This document shows, piece by piece, positions 12,640 to 26,025 of a DNA stretch of 64,000 nucleotides. Position numbers and translations under genes: made by a program. The notes beneath the pieces were generated by a model. It was not told the origin of the DNA. It did not search any database and saw only the letters and a list, made by a program, of their open reading frames with translations. Source of the DNA: Chiloscyllium plagiosum (Eukaryota); NCBI RefSeq assembly GCF_004010195.1, contig NC_057718.1:16449418-16513417 (forward strand), given 5' to 3'. The first letter of the stretch is position 1, and every line of letters begins with the position of its first letter.

Positions 12640-13765
12640 GATTTAAGTGAGAAAGCTTTTCCATGGTTGGAGCCATATTTAGTGTAACAGAAGATGATTG
12701 GGCTGTTAATCAATCCTGTCACCCCTGGAAATTCCTCAGAATTGTGTCCTTAGCCCAACCATTTCAGCTATTCTTCAATGATTTTCCTGTTGGCATAAGT
12801 TCATAACTGGAGATGTTTATTGATGATTGCACAATGTTAAGCACCATTGGAAAATCTTCAGATGCTGCAAGTAATAGGTCCATTTGCAACATGTTCTGAA
12901 TGCTATTCAAATTTGGGCTGATACATAGTAAGTTACATTCATATCACAATAGCACCAGGCATTGACCATCTCCAACAAGTGACAATTCAACCATCATCCC
13001 TTGAAATTTAATGCTACAACTATTATTGAATCACTGACTATCAACATCCTAATGGTTACTGTAACCAGAAACTGAACTGGATCAGCCACATAAATACTGT
13101 GGCTACAAGAGTGAGTCAGAGCTAGGGGTTCTCTGGGACATAATTCACCACCTAACCCCAACAATTGTCCAGCATTCACAAAGTGTAATTCAGAAGTGTA
13201 ATAGAATAATCTCTACTTGCCTGGTTGATTGCAGCTTCAAAAACACTCGAAACTTGGCATCATCCAAAACAAAGCAGTTGCTTTGATTGACACTCCACGT
13301 ACTACCTAAGACATTAATTCACTCCACTACCAATGCTGTGGTGGCAGTAGTATGTATCATAATCTGCCAAGTCTCCTTTCCCAACACCTAAACCCATGAT
13401 TGCCATAAGAATAAGGAAGCAATTTCTCACCATCATAATTTGTATGCTGCTCTCCAATCCACATATCATCCTGGAACTATATTGCTGTTCCTGTGTCTTC
13501 TCTGTACCTGTATCAAAATCATGGAGCTCCTTAACAGCACTGTAATGGACTGTATCACTTCCAAAAGAGGGCTCACCAATACCTTTTCAAGGGCAGTTAA
13601 GGATAGACAACATACTGCCACTAGGAGAAAGTGAGGACTGCAGATGCTGGAGTACCAGAGTTGAAAAATGTTTTGAGGTTGAGGTGAAAGGTGTTAGTAA
13701 AGCGCACGACATTTTTTTAACATACTGCCACTGCCAGCAACATTCACGTCCCATGAAAGAACAGA
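12640..13765 (+). mobile_element. Old CR1/L2-group LINE, RT end and 3' tail
   Basis: ggaaattcctcagaattgtgtccttagcccaacc ([14 protein letters not shown]) and atgtttattgatgattgc (FADD-like). The same family occurs at ~5120-5530, ~6320-7500 (-), 33560-34330 and ~57975-58500 (-). Confidence 0.65.
13623..13718. mobile_element. Short PLE-terminus insertion with filler sequence and 14-bp TSD
   Basis: aacatactgccact at 13609-13622 and 13719-13732. The insert starts with the family end aggagaaagtgaggactgcagatgctgg. Confidence 0.75.
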
Positions 13766-13779
13766 AACAATTGTGTCAA

Positions 13780-14340
13780 GTCTTGGCTAAACCACACTTA
13801 TGAGTACTTTATGCAGTTCTGGTTATGATATTATAAAATAGATATAAAGATGCTGGAGTGGTTGCAGAGAAGATTTACAAATATAATAACAAATGCGTAG
13901 GTATACATATCAGAAAAAGATTGATAGGTTGTGTCTCTGATGCCTGAAAGAGAAGGTTTGAGGGGTCACCTAATACCAAATAATAAATGAGGCGTAACAC
14001 ATTATGAAAGGTTTTGATAGAGTGCATATAGAAAAAAATGATTCCTATTGTGGGAAAAGAGCATAACTGTAAGCTAGTAATAGAAGAGTCTCACCAAAAA
14101 AATTTGAACATGACATTCTGAAGAAACTTCTTTATCCAATGAGTGGTAAAATGTGGAACATGCTTGCATAGAGTTTTTTTAAGCAAACAGTGTTTAATGG
14201 AAATTAGGTAATCTTCTGAGAGAGAAGAAAATAGATGCTCCCAATAGTAGATTTAAGTAAGAAAAAACATGGGAGCAAACTTGAATGGAAATTTAAAAAC
14301 CAGCATGGATTGCTTGGGCTTTTTGGGTTGCTATGTTATC
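13780..14340 (+). mobile_element. Old CR1 3' fragment
   Basis: Degenerate EYxxQFW...LExLQRRFT...RRNFFxQxVVKMWN coding remnants. Confidence 0.6.
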
Positions 14341-15201
14341 TGATTTCTATGTACAACCCATGTGCCAAAAAGGTGGGTTGGGGCAAATGAATACAGTTGA
14401 TATGTTGATTATTGAAATGTCACATGTGAAGTTTTCAGTAACTGAAAATGACTTTTTTTTTACAAACAAAAACACAGAAAAATCAATTTTATATTGGAAC
14501 TGTGATGAATTTTGTTCCTGAAAGTGGACTATGTGGAGTTCTTCGGATGTGCTAGGCTGGTGTAGAGTGTCAAAATTGAATTGCAGTGACTTTATTTTTT
14601 AAAAAAAACAAATTGTATCAAATTTGAGATATCATGCCAAACAGTATCAATTATCTAGACACGTTGCTGGCAAACTAACTCCTAGCAACTCTGTCCTCTA
14701 CAAGCTTTCATTGTTCCTGTGATATCTCTCACTCTCTCTCTAAACAATCTTGCTATATCTGTATAAATTTTGGCACAATCTACTTTTCCCTTTATTGCAT
14801 TGAAGCACAAGCAGAATGTTTGTGTAGAACTATGGTTTGAATGTACCCTGCTTAGAGAGACTTACCAGACAGTTTAAATTATTAGAATATTTTTTCTTGT
14901 GTTCTTGCTGAGCAAGGAGTGGTGTCTGTACAAACACTTCTGGTATGAACTTGGATATTATTATCTTAAAGAAAATAGGACTAAAATGTCACTTGTGCAT
15001 AAAACATTGTGCACAAAACATTATGCATTTTAATAGAAATGAAAATCTTGGGGGCGAATTCTATACAGTACCATTTTAATGTATTTTGTTTCATTGATAT
15101 TTAAGTGCAGTGTCTGAAAATTTACTTTAATAATGCTTTAGATAAACTGAAAACACAAAATTAGTGATCAGACTTGAACAACATGCACTTTGTTTGCATA
15201 G

Positions 15202-15416
15202 GTTTTAGAAGACAACGACTATGGCCGTGCTGTTGATTGGTGGGGTCTAGGTGTTGTTATGTATGAGATGATGTGTGGCCGGCTACCTTTCTACAATCAG
15301 GACCATGAGAAACTTTTTGAATTGATTCTGATGGAGGACATTAAATTTCCGAGAACTCTTTCATCTGATGCAAAATCATTACTCTCTGGATTGCTTATAA
15401 AAGATCCGAATAAAAG
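15202..15416 (+). CDS. AKT3: AKT3 (PKB-gamma) internal exon, kinase domain C-lobe (215 bp)
   Basis: Acceptor tttgcatag|GTT and donor AAAG|gtaatt. Translates [71 protein letters not shown](R). The residues [27 protein letters not shown] are AKT3-specific rather than AKT1/2. The preceding exon was not found in 1-15201. Confidence 0.97.
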
Positions 15417-16134
15417 GTAATTAATTAAATGTTTCTACAAAAACTCCCTTGTGTTAATTTTTTTTCAATTTTGGTCTGTTCTTGAACTGACACATATGCA
15501 GTACCATGGTAATTTATGGAACACTGCTATCTATCATCAATGTGATCTCACCTCTGAGATAGTAGAATTCAAGATATTGGCTGGGAGTAAAATTACAGGA
15601 TCTATTTTCTGTGAGATATTCCGATAATTATCGAGAAAACATAATGTTTGTTGTGAGTAAAGCTGCATGTGCACCTATCTGTGTGAATGTGTTATTGGCG
15701 AATATTCTAGACTCATCCTGGTATTCTAATTGAAGCTTCTTGTTTTGATCAGGTTTGGTAAGAAATATTGTGCATACCAGAATTTGGTCAATGAAAATAT
15801 AACCAGATTAGATAGAATTTCTGTGCGTTGTAATGTCATTATAGTGCAGGTGACCAATGCAATGATTTTAACCCAATTTACCTGGCACGCATGCGGGAAG
15901 AGATGTTTGAATCAGAGAAGAAGCCTACTGGAAGTTCCATCCAATTTTACAAAGTCTAAGATTAGATAAAAGGGCTGTTGTGGCACAATGGTAGTGTTCT
16001 TCCTTCTGGGTCAGAATGTCCTGATTTCAGTCCCACTGGAGATGTGTCATAACATGTCTGAGCAGGTTAACTAAAAATATGTAAAATCAGATGGAGTATA
16101 AAATAAGTATCTGAACTGAACTTGTCTGTAAGAT

Positions 16135-18120
16135 GTTTAAGCAGAAGTAGGCCATTCAGCCAATTCAATGAGTTTGCGCCCAATCTGATAATCTTTAGCT
16201 TCACTTTCCTGTCTTTTCTCCATAACCCTCAATTGCCTTGCTCGTTAAAAATTTGTCTATCTCACCCTTGAATCTACTTGGTGAGTCAGCCTCAATAGTC
16301 CTGTGGTAAAGAATTACACAATTTCACTAACCTCTTATATAAGAAATCCCTCCTAATCTCTGTTTTAAAAGAGTGGCCTGTATTCTGAGATTAGGCCCTC
16401 TGGTCTTAAACTCTCGCACAAGGGGAAACAAGGTTTCTGCTCTTACACTGTCAAGTCCCCTAAGAATCTTACATGTTTCAAGAAGGTCACCTCTCATTCT
16501 TCTACGCTACAATCTGTACAGGCCAAACCTCTCCTCATAAAACAGTCCCTCCATTCATGAGATCAGTCTCATGAACCTTTTCTGGATTACCTCCAAAGCC
16601 AGTATATCTATCCCTAGATAAGTGGCCCAAAACTGTTCACAGTATTCCAGCTGTGGTCTGACTACTGCCTTGTATTGCTTTAGCAGGACTTCCTCATTTG
16701 AATTCCCTTTGAAATAAAGGCGAACATCCCATTTGCCTTCTCTATTATCTCATAGAGTCATAGAGATGTACAGCATGGAAACAGACTCTTCGGTCCAACC
16801 CATCCATGCCCACCAGATAGCCCAACCCAATCTAGTCCCACCTGCAAGCACCCGGCCCATATCCCTCCAAACCCTCCCTATTCATATACCCATCCAATTG
16901 TCTCTTAAATGTTGCAATTGTACCAGCCTCCACTACGTCTTCTGGCAGATCATTCCATACCTGTACCACCCTCTGTTTGAAAAAATTGCCCCCTAGGTCT
17001 CTTTTATATCTTTCCCCTCTCACCCCAAACCAATACCCTCTAGTTCTGGACTCTCTGACCCCAGAGAAAAGACTTTGCCTATTTACCCTATCCATATCCC
17101 TCATAATTTTGTAAACCTCTATAAGGTCACCCCTCAGTCCCCAACGCTCCAGGGAAAACAGCCCCAGCCTGTTCGGCCTCTCCCTATAGCTCAAATCCTC
17201 CAACTGTGGCAACATCCTTGTAAATTTTTTCTGAACCCTTTCAAGTTTCACAACATCTTTCCGCTAGGAAGGAGACCAGAATTGTATGCAAAGCTGCAAC
17301 ATGTCCTCCCAACTCCTGTACTCAATGCTTTGTCCAATAAAAAAAACATACCAAACGCCTTCTTCACTATCCTATCTACCTGCGACTCCATTTTCAAGGA
17401 GCTATATCTGTTGAACTTGTATGCTTGAGTTTTATGCATGAAGGTTATCATATCCCCTTTTGTGCTGTAGCATTCTGTAGTCTTTCCCTATTTGACTAAT
17501 GTTCTGTTCCTGTATTCTTCCTGCTAAAGCGCATACACTCTCATTTCCCCATATTATATTCCATCTTGTGTCAAGTTGTTGCCCACTCATTTAACTTGTC
17601 TCTATGGTAAAAACAAGGACTGCAGATGCTGGAAACCATCAACTAGGTAAAGCCCATCATTCCTGATGAAGGGCTTTCGCCCGAAATGTCGATTTTCCTG
17701 CAGCCTGACCTGCTGTGCTTTTCCACCACCACTCTAATCCTAACTTGTCTCTATCCCAAGTTCAACCCTTTGAGTCATTCTCACCACCTGCATTCCTACT
17801 TCTCTGTGGCATCCACAAACTTTCTGAAGCACATTCACTTTCCACATGCAAGCCATGAATACATTGCAAATAGTTGTGGGCTCAGCACTGATCCATATGG
17901 GTTTCCACTAGTTACAGGTTGCCATCCTTATCTCAACTCTCTGTCTTCTATTAGTTTGCTGTTCTCAATGCATGCTAATATACTACCCCCCAGCACCACG
18001 GGCTTTTATCTTAATAAGTAATCTAACATGCAGTACTTTATCAGGTGCCTTCTGAAACTTCAAATATTATTACATCCACAGCTTTCCTTTTATCTATCCT
18101 GTTTGTTACTTCCTCAAAGG
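16135..18120 (-). mobile_element. Old CR1 3' region interrupted by a younger HER1-type CR1 (16751-17405) and a PLE (17606-17740)
   Basis: ORF 16832-17251 (-) reads MKLERVQKKFTRMLPQLEDLSYRERPNRLGLFSLE...RGDLIEVYKIM, a classic CR1 ORF2 C-terminus. Older CR1 sequence continues on both sides. Confidence 0.85.
17606..17740. mobile_element. PLE inverted fragment with hammerhead motif and 14-bp TSD
   Basis: TSD taacttgtctctat at 17592-17605 and 17741-17754. CTGATGA a gggc tttc gccc GAAA tgtc at 17663-17690. Confidence 0.75.
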
Positions 18121-18178
18121 AATGACACAATATTGGACAGATTTGGTTAAAATTGGAGCTGATGTGCTATCTCGGTGA

Positions 18179-18678
18179 NNNNNNNNNNNNNNNNNNNNNN
18201 NNNNNNNNNNNNNNNNNNNNNNNNNNNNNNNNNNNNNNNNNNNNNNNNNNNNNNNNNNNNNNNNNNNNNNNNNNNNNNNNNNNNNNNNNNNNNNNNNNNN
18301 NNNNNNNNNNNNNNNNNNNNNNNNNNNNNNNNNNNNNNNNNNNNNNNNNNNNNNNNNNNNNNNNNNNNNNNNNNNNNNNNNNNNNNNNNNNNNNNNNNNN
18401 NNNNNNNNNNNNNNNNNNNNNNNNNNNNNNNNNNNNNNNNNNNNNNNNNNNNNNNNNNNNNNNNNNNNNNNNNNNNNNNNNNNNNNNNNNNNNNNNNNNN
18501 NNNNNNNNNNNNNNNNNNNNNNNNNNNNNNNNNNNNNNNNNNNNNNNNNNNNNNNNNNNNNNNNNNNNNNNNNNNNNNNNNNNNNNNNNNNNNNNNNNNN
18601 NNNNNNNNNNNNNNNNNNNNNNNNNNNNNNNNNNNNNNNNNNNNNNNNNNNNNNNNNNNNNNNNNNNNNNNNNNNNNN
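18179..18678. other. Assembly gap (500 N)
   Basis: Run of N. Confidence 1.
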
Positions 18679-19199
18679 GAAGTGTCACGTTTAAAGATTA
18701 TTCTGTTAAGGTATTTCTTCATAATTTGAGAACACAATGCCAACTGCTAATCATCCAGAAGTCCTGAGTTTAACTGGCCAAAGAATTGTGCGATTGAAAT
18801 GTGTGTTGTCGGTTTCACATTGCAGCTGAGAAACACATTGTATTTTAAGATTGTTTTACATCTCTCATGAAATGTGATGTGCGTGTGAAGAAACATGCTG
18901 TTTTTAATATTGCTGCCTTTCTTGTAGCATTAATTATGCTATTTTATAAGGACACAAATATTACACCATGTAACACTATTTATTCTATCACTTCAACAAA
19001 TATTTGTTCTTTAAGATGACAAAATCTATTTTTTATTTAATGAGAAGCTCAGGTCAATGATGTCTGATAGAAGTGGATATTTTACATCACACATCTAGTT
19101 TCAGTCCTATCTACTATTCCCTTTCCGAGCTTAACTTGCCTTCCATTTTGATTAATGTTTTTAACTGTTTTCTCTCTCTTCATTGGTGTTTCTCACTCT

Positions 19200-20140
19200 T
19201 GAAACATATCTCCCATCATCCATCTCCGCAAAATAAAACTTGATCTCATTATTATTATAAACTACAATACATTCTCCTACTTGCCTTTCCTCTCAAATCC
19301 TTGAACATGATGTTACCTCCTAAATCCATGACCATTTTTCCCAGAACTCCATACTTAAATCCCTCCAATCAAGTTTCCACCCTGTCAGAGCACTGAAGCA
19401 GTCTATATCAGACACAAATAACACCCTGTATGACTATGACAAAGGTAAACTGCACCATCTCATCCTTTTTGATCTATTGTAGCTTTGGGCATGGTTGACC
19501 ACACCATCCCTCTTCAATGCCTCTCCACAATCTAGCTGATTGGGACTGGTCTTATGTGATCCTTCGTTTTGTTGGGCCGAAGGGCCTGTTTCCACACTGT
19601 AAGTAATCTAATCTAATCTAAAACCATCCCTCTTCAATGCCTCTCCACAATCTAGCTGATTGGGACTGGTCTTATGTGATCCTTCGTTAGTTACCTAATC
19701 AAAATTAGGATGTCACGTGGGATGGCTTTGTTTCTTGCTTCCACATTGTTGTGTCTAGTTTCTCCCAAAGATGTGTCTTTGCATCTCCTTCCCCACCCAC
19801 CAAAAAAAACTTCTCTGCATGCTGCATGTCACTTGCGATACTCAAATGTATTGAATTGACTTTCACATGCTGATTAGCATCCCGCTCTACTATACTATCA
19901 ACAACCTCAACTTCTCAACTATTTGCTGCAATACAAACTGCTTATCTAGCATCCAGTTCTTTGAACTGAAATTTTCTTCCATTGAATATTGGGAAGACTG
20001 AAGCTATTGTTTTTGATATGCGCTCAACTCCCTAGTTACGAACTCCAGCCTATTCCTGGCCATAGCCTGACACTAAACCAGTAAAATCACAACCTTGGAG
20101 TTATATTTGACCCTGAGTGAGCTTCTGAACACATATATCT
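19200..20140 (+). mobile_element. Decayed L2-clade LINE RT region
   Basis: caatcaagtttccaccctgtcagagcactgaa (QSGF..HSTE-like), ctcatcctttttgatcta...ggttgaccacaccatc (LLDL..FDTVDHxIL-like) and ttgaatattgggaagactgaa (LNxxKTE). Confidence 0.65.
19569..19622 (+). mobile_element. 54-bp HE1/HER1-type 3' tail insertion between 66-bp direct repeats
   Basis: ttgttgggccgaagggcctgtttccacactgtaagtaa(tctaa)3 matches the reverse complement of the SINE tail at 22481-22530. The flanks 19503-19568 and 19623-19688 are identical. Confidence 0.85.
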
Positions 20141-22480
20141 ACTACATAAGTGCCAGGCAATGACCATCTCCAACAAGAAAGCATTTTAACATCTCCCCAA
20201 GACATTCAATGGTATTAACATTGCTGAATCCCTCACTATCAACAGTCTGAGGATGTGGACATTGCTGCCTTGATTAGCATTTATTGCCCATCCCTAGTAA
20301 CCCTTGAAAGGGTCATGGTGAACTGGTTTCTTCAACCATTGCTGTCCATTTTGTTTAGGTAGATCCGCAATGCTGTGAGGGCATTGCTTTTGTATTAAGA
20401 CTTTCTAGTAGTTGATATAATCGAGTGGCTTGCTTGATAATTTCAGAAGACAGTTAAGAGTCAACCGCATTGCTGTCAACCAGACAATGTAAGGACTGCA
20501 CATTCTTTCCCCTAAAGGACATTGGTGAAGAATCAATCAAAATACATGGTCATCTAGATTTTCTTTTCAATTCAAATTCCACCGTCTGCCATGATGGCAT
20601 TTGAACCTGGGTACCTAGAATGTTGCATGGATCTTTGGACAGTCCAGTGATAATAGCACTACGTCATCTGATGGATAATTAACAGAACTATAATTTCACA
20701 ATTCCTTGTCAAAAGAAAATTGAGTATGTTTTATCTTCTATCACTACTTTTCAGAACATTTGACCTTCTGCCACTTTTGCAACTACTCATTTTCTAACAC
20801 TGACCACTGATAGCTTTATTTCCAATTATATCAGTGCAGTCCTGGACTCCTTAGCAATGGGAAGGGTCAGTTGTACCTTTCAGTTGCTCATTTCACTGAA
20901 GATCTGTTTATAAAATGTGGACGAATCGGATAAGTCACAATTCTGTTGGAAGCTGGAGCAAGCATGAGGGGCCAAGTGGCTTACTCCTAATTTGTATGTT
21001 TACATGTGAAAAAAAATGCAGACCTTTACAACAAATTCCATCGCTGAACCCCAACAATTTCACACCACCACCATCACCAGAATCCCACACTCAGATCTGA
21101 CCTTTAATGGTCAGTAGAACCAAACTAACATTGTGACATCCAGAAGAATAAAGAGAAAATGCTGGAGATAATGGCATCTGTCAGGTTAGTAGCCTTCCAT
21201 GAGAATTGGGACAGCTTAGAGATGCACTGAAATAGATTTTAAGCAACTGAAGGGCAGTGGGAGTGGAGAAAGAACTAAGGAGAAAGGTTTGTGATGGGGT
21301 GAAAAGCAGAAACCAGTGAGTGACTAATGTTTGATGTTGCAAGGCCAAAGAAAGTAAGAAATACATTGCAGATGAATGTAGCTACTGACGAGGGTAAGAA
21401 GTGCACTTCCAGTATACTTCAAACTGGAATTTCCCATCTCTTATAATGAATCAAAGAGAATAAAATCTGAATGTGTGTATTCTCAGCATGTGCTCCCAGC
21501 CAATCATAAGAAAACATTAGTTTTGTACCTTTTGTATTATCAGCATGATGCCCTGGGTTGGAGACAAAGTGCCTCTTTAAGTGCTATTTTTGTTCTGAGA
21601 AGCAAGTTGGAGGCAGCCAAAGAGGCAGCTGAGTTCTAAGGTGTAGGATGCTTGAAGTTATGAATGAGTACTTGGATGAGTAACATTGGTCAAAGGTGCC
21701 TTTCAAAAGGTTTCCAAATCCAGACTATACTTGCTTCTGTATTCATGAAAAGTATAACTTTAAGTGAAATAATTTTAAGCAAATTAGTTTTCTCATAATA
21801 ACTATTGTAAAATTGGATATATTTATGAGTCCATTCCTTTCCAATAAATAATAATAATACATTATTAAAGCATAATATTTTTTTAGAAATAAAAGAAATA
21901 TGCTATCTCTTTCTATTTACTTCCTGATAGCCATTTGCCTGCCTAAACCCTCCCATTCGCCAATGTTGTGGGTAAATCATCACAAGTTACCTTTTAATTT
22001 GATTACTTCTATAGAAATCTCATAATCAAGTACTCAAACAATGATATAAACTTTATTGCATGTAGCAACCAAAATAAGATCCTTCAAGTAAGCAAGTTAA
22101 GCCTCGCAACTCAACTTGGCTAATACCCAATTAATGATGGAATCTGGCCAGGATTTCACCAACATGTTTGTCTCTGGAAGCTTCCAGTGTTTGAACGTTT
22201 TTCAGTCTTGTTCTTCAAAGTTCTGTTACTGACTTGTTCTGGTGTTGAATTCTAATAACAGTTTTCTCTCTTTTGAGTTTGTGGTGTGATGTTATGATGA
22301 TTCAAAAGATTCTTTCATTCCCAACATTGGTTAATCTTTTGGAGACCTCAAGTGTGTAGGTTGCCTTCTTATCAGAAGTAGACCCCACCCCTCCCCCGAT
22401 CCTTGTTGCATTTGGGGTTTAGCTATCTGTTTAAAACAGCTTTTCTTGCAATTAACCCCTTAAATTCTCTGTAGAAAAAG

Positions 22481-22792
22481 TTAGATTAGATTACTTACAG
22501 TGTGGAAACAGGCCCTTCAGCCCAACAAATCCACACCGACCCACCGAAGCGCAACCCACCCAGACCCATTCCCCTACATTTACCCCTTCACCTAACACTA
22601 TGGGCAACTTAGCATGGCCAATTCACCTAACCTGCACATTTTTGGATTGTGGGAGGAAACCAGAGCATCCGGAGGATACCCACGCAGACATGGGGAGAAT
22701 GTGCAAACTCCACACAGGGAGTCGCCTGAGGTGGGAATTGAATCTTGGTCTCTGGCGCTGTGAGGCAGCAATGCTAACCACTGTGCCACCCA
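22481..22792 (-). mobile_element. HE1-type tRNA-derived SINE (V-SINE group)
   Basis: The reverse complement begins ggtggcacagtggttagcattgctgcctcacagcgccagagaccaagattcaattccc (A/B boxes), continues with central tgtgtggagtttgcacattctcccc...ggtttcctcccacaatccaaa, and ends in a (tctaa)n tail. Confidence 0.85.
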
Positions 22793-23044
22793 TAAATCCT
22801 GGTCCTTTTGGCAATAAAGTATCCAGTTTAACAAGGAGGTGTTAAAGCAATTTTGTTTATATAATCTCACCAAGCCATGGCTAATTGCTTTTAGTTTCTC
22901 TATTACAACTTGTCTTTGTCTATTTCATCTCAAGAAACAATTTATTCCAGAGCAAGTTATTGTTGATTCTTTCAATCCAGGAAATTTTTAAAGTTGTGAA
23001 GTTTACATTGTCACACCATTTCCTCTCCTGAGCTCTGGCTGTGA

Positions 23045-23530
23045 ATGAGAGGACTTGGGAGAAGGTGGATGGGAGAATTGAGAGATGGCAGTAGCAGATG
23101 GGAGGATCAGGAAGGGAGGAGAGGTGAGTGGGAGGATCAGGATAGGTGGCGTGGCAATTGGGATGGAGGAGCATTGGGCAGGGTGGTTGGATGAGACAGC
23201 ACACTAGAGATAAGAGGAGGGTGGAGGAGTGGCAAGTGGGATGAGCGGTGAACAGGAGGGTTGAAATGGCAATAAGGAGGAATGGGAGGGAGGAGTCGGG
23301 GGGTTGGAATTGGAAGAACAGCAAGAGGCAAGCCGAAGTTTGAGAGAGAGAAAAGCAATGAGATACAAATGGGAGTATCAGGAAGTGAGGAGGAGAGATG
23401 AGCGGAGTGATTGAGGAGGATTGGGGAGCAATGAGCACAAGTCTGGTCCAGTAAGTGAATACATCTGGGAGGTGGTACCAGTGAGCTGGAGCTTTGGGAA
23501 GGGGAAGCTGGTGATTGGAAGGCAATCAGT
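23045..23530. repeat. Purine-rich (GGA/GAG) low-complexity tract
   Basis: Strong G+A strand bias with no fixed unit. Confidence 0.6.
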
Positions 23531-25474
23531 GAGAATGTCTCTTGGGAATCAGGAAATGTCACTTCAAGATGGCACCAATTGGCTCACGCATGCTCTGTTG
23601 GTTTCAGCATGAAACCACAGCAAAGCACCAGCCCTTGTTCTAAGTACAAAAACTGTCCCTGTTATGTCCATGATGCTGAAATGAAAGCTGCTAAATAAGT
23701 CAGCTTAAAACTAAGGCTTACTGTATGATTCATGACTTGACTGGGCACAGTGAAACAAGTCATGGAGAAGCTGGCCTGACTGCATAAAAGTGCATGGAAA
23801 TGGAGTCAGCCAAGTCATGAGCTCTGGCTATAGGCTCACTATTTGCATACTTATTCTGTGTCAGCTAAACTTGTGGGTGCCAGGATGGAGATGTGAATCT
23901 CAGAATCAAGTGCTGCCCTCCATTTTTAAATGACTTCAGCTTTCTTCTGACACCACAAAAATCTGACCTTCAAACTGACAGGTTTTGTCCTTTTTATTCA
24001 TAAATTCTAAGAGTGGGTTATATTTTGGTCATTATTTATTCCTCCTTAGCCCTTCAAATTTGCATTAATCAAGAATTTGAATATGTTCTTATTTCCAGCA
24101 TCCATATCCACATGAGGAATAGCAAAAATAAGTTATCTAGTTAAAGTTCTGTACCCTTTGTGTAAAATACTTGTGGATCTTACTTAGGATCTTTTGTGAT
24201 TTTCAATTCTTCATGATCTAGCTAATGTAATGTTGAAGTGCTACTTTATTCTTTTTGCCTTCTATTGCTGTTCTCAGTAAGCAATCTGCAAATATCTGTT
24301 TATGCCTCTAATTATAATTTAGGCATCCTCCCAATGCATTAAACTTGGATTTATTTATTACACCTGTAACTTTTGTGACTTCTAAGGTTCTGACTGACCA
24401 TTAGTGTCAAGTTACAGATCGTCCTTTGGTATAGATGTATGCCTGCTAGGTATTGGCTTGAAAGTACTTGCTAATAAATGATTTATGTAGTGTGTGTCTT
24501 CTGTTTGTGATAATGCCAAATAACGTATCCAGAAAGCTATAATTCTGGTCCTGGATTTCCCCTCATATTGGGAACTGTCTACTAGGTAGCAACATTATGA
24601 AGTATTGCTATGTAGATCCAAGTGTGATGATAAGGACAATTCCAGAGATAATTTGCAATTGATAGTTAATAGGAATTAAGATAGTTTGTAGGAGCTAGAG
24701 GCAGAAAAAATGATACCTCAGGACAGATTGTTCCTTTCTACCAAAAGCATTGCTGTAGTGTAGTATATTAAAACTGAAAGCATAAAAGCAAACTTTCATC
24801 TCAGAGGTCTGAACTAGAACTGAATCAAGAACCCAGGGATGGACTGGGTTATATTTTTAACCTAGTGTCTTTCTCCTCCCCATTTTTAATTTTTGTCTCC
24901 TTAGTCAAAACTGTTTAGGTGATGATCTCATCTCTGACTTAACATTTTGTAACTAACTGCCAGGCAGTACAGTAGCGGACCACAGCCTTTCTGGCTCTGT
25001 TCCTGAAGGTCCATTGTGCCAGAATGCTGCTTCACTGTACCATTCATTTCAAATTCCAAAAGCAACATTTTAGCTTGCCAAATAATTATTAATACTAAAT
25101 AAAAGGACAGAATTTATTTATTGGAGGAAATCTCATCCGGGGTTTACAGTTGTACATTCTCAACACCCAGAGCTGATGAGCTTTCATGGTGGATTGAGAG
25201 TCGTACATTGCATTATAATTTGCTTAGCAGCTGGCAACCGTAACTTGATAAAAGAATAAAAGAATTGGTAAACTTCCAAAAAATACATATTTTTGAAAAA
25301 TAAAGATCAATTCCATTCTGTTTTTATTTTCATTATTATCAGGTGATTATTAATGACAAGTAAAACAATCAATTATATTGCAACTTACCAAACTATATAA
25401 TAGAATCACTAAGGAGTGAATGAGAATTGTTTTGACAAATTGGATATGAACTGTCAATTTTTTTTTGCCTTCAG

Positions 25475-25562
25475 GCTTGGTGGAGGTCCAGAAGATGCAA
25501 AGGACATCATGCAGCACAGCTTTTTTAGTGGAATTAACTGGCAAGATGTTTATGACAAAAAG
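25475..25562 (+). CDS. AKT3: AKT3 internal exon (88 bp), end of kinase domain
   Basis: Acceptor ttttgccttcag|G and donor AAG|gttggt. Phase 2 start matches the previous exon. Translates (R)[29 protein letters not shown]. Confidence 0.96.
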
Positions 25563-26025
25563 GTTGGTGTACTTCATTCATCCATTCCTAGCAATATCAC
25601 CTCCAGGTCAGTCAGCTAATGGTTTCATTAATCAGCAGTTGGAATAACAATATTGATTAAAGCAAATCTCAATTTGAGATATCTGAATACTTAATATTTT
25701 CTTGTAGTTAGCAATTTGCTTGATTCAAATTATGTTCGTTAATTTGAAATCTTAAATATTTATATTGTTTTCCTTCCATTGAATTGCTGCTCTGAGCAAG
25801 TTGGAATCTGTTTGAAGCAGTAACATTTTATCCAAAAGCTGAAAAACTGAAGTTTGCTAACACCTTAATTTAGGTTTTTTTAAACTTCAAGTGTCAGGTA
25901 TTTATTAATTAGCCCATTCACATTAAATATAGTATTTCTTTTTCACTTTCAATTTGTAGCTCTATTTCTAATTTGATGATAATATTAATCATAACGACCA
26001 TGTGAGTTTCTGGTTGAAATTTCTA

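Noticed and set aside
18147..18767. Long ORFs spanning 18.1-18.8 kb and 53.4-54.3 kb
   Set aside because: Artefacts of N runs translated as X.
22720..22792. tRNA-like A/B boxes (also at 52700-52765)
   Set aside because: These are SINE heads attached to SINE body and tail, not tRNA genes.
22920..23562. 201-aa and 141-aa Pro/Leu/Ser-rich ORFs on the - strand
   Set aside because: Stop-poor by composition (low-complexity pyrimidine strand), with no recognisable domain.
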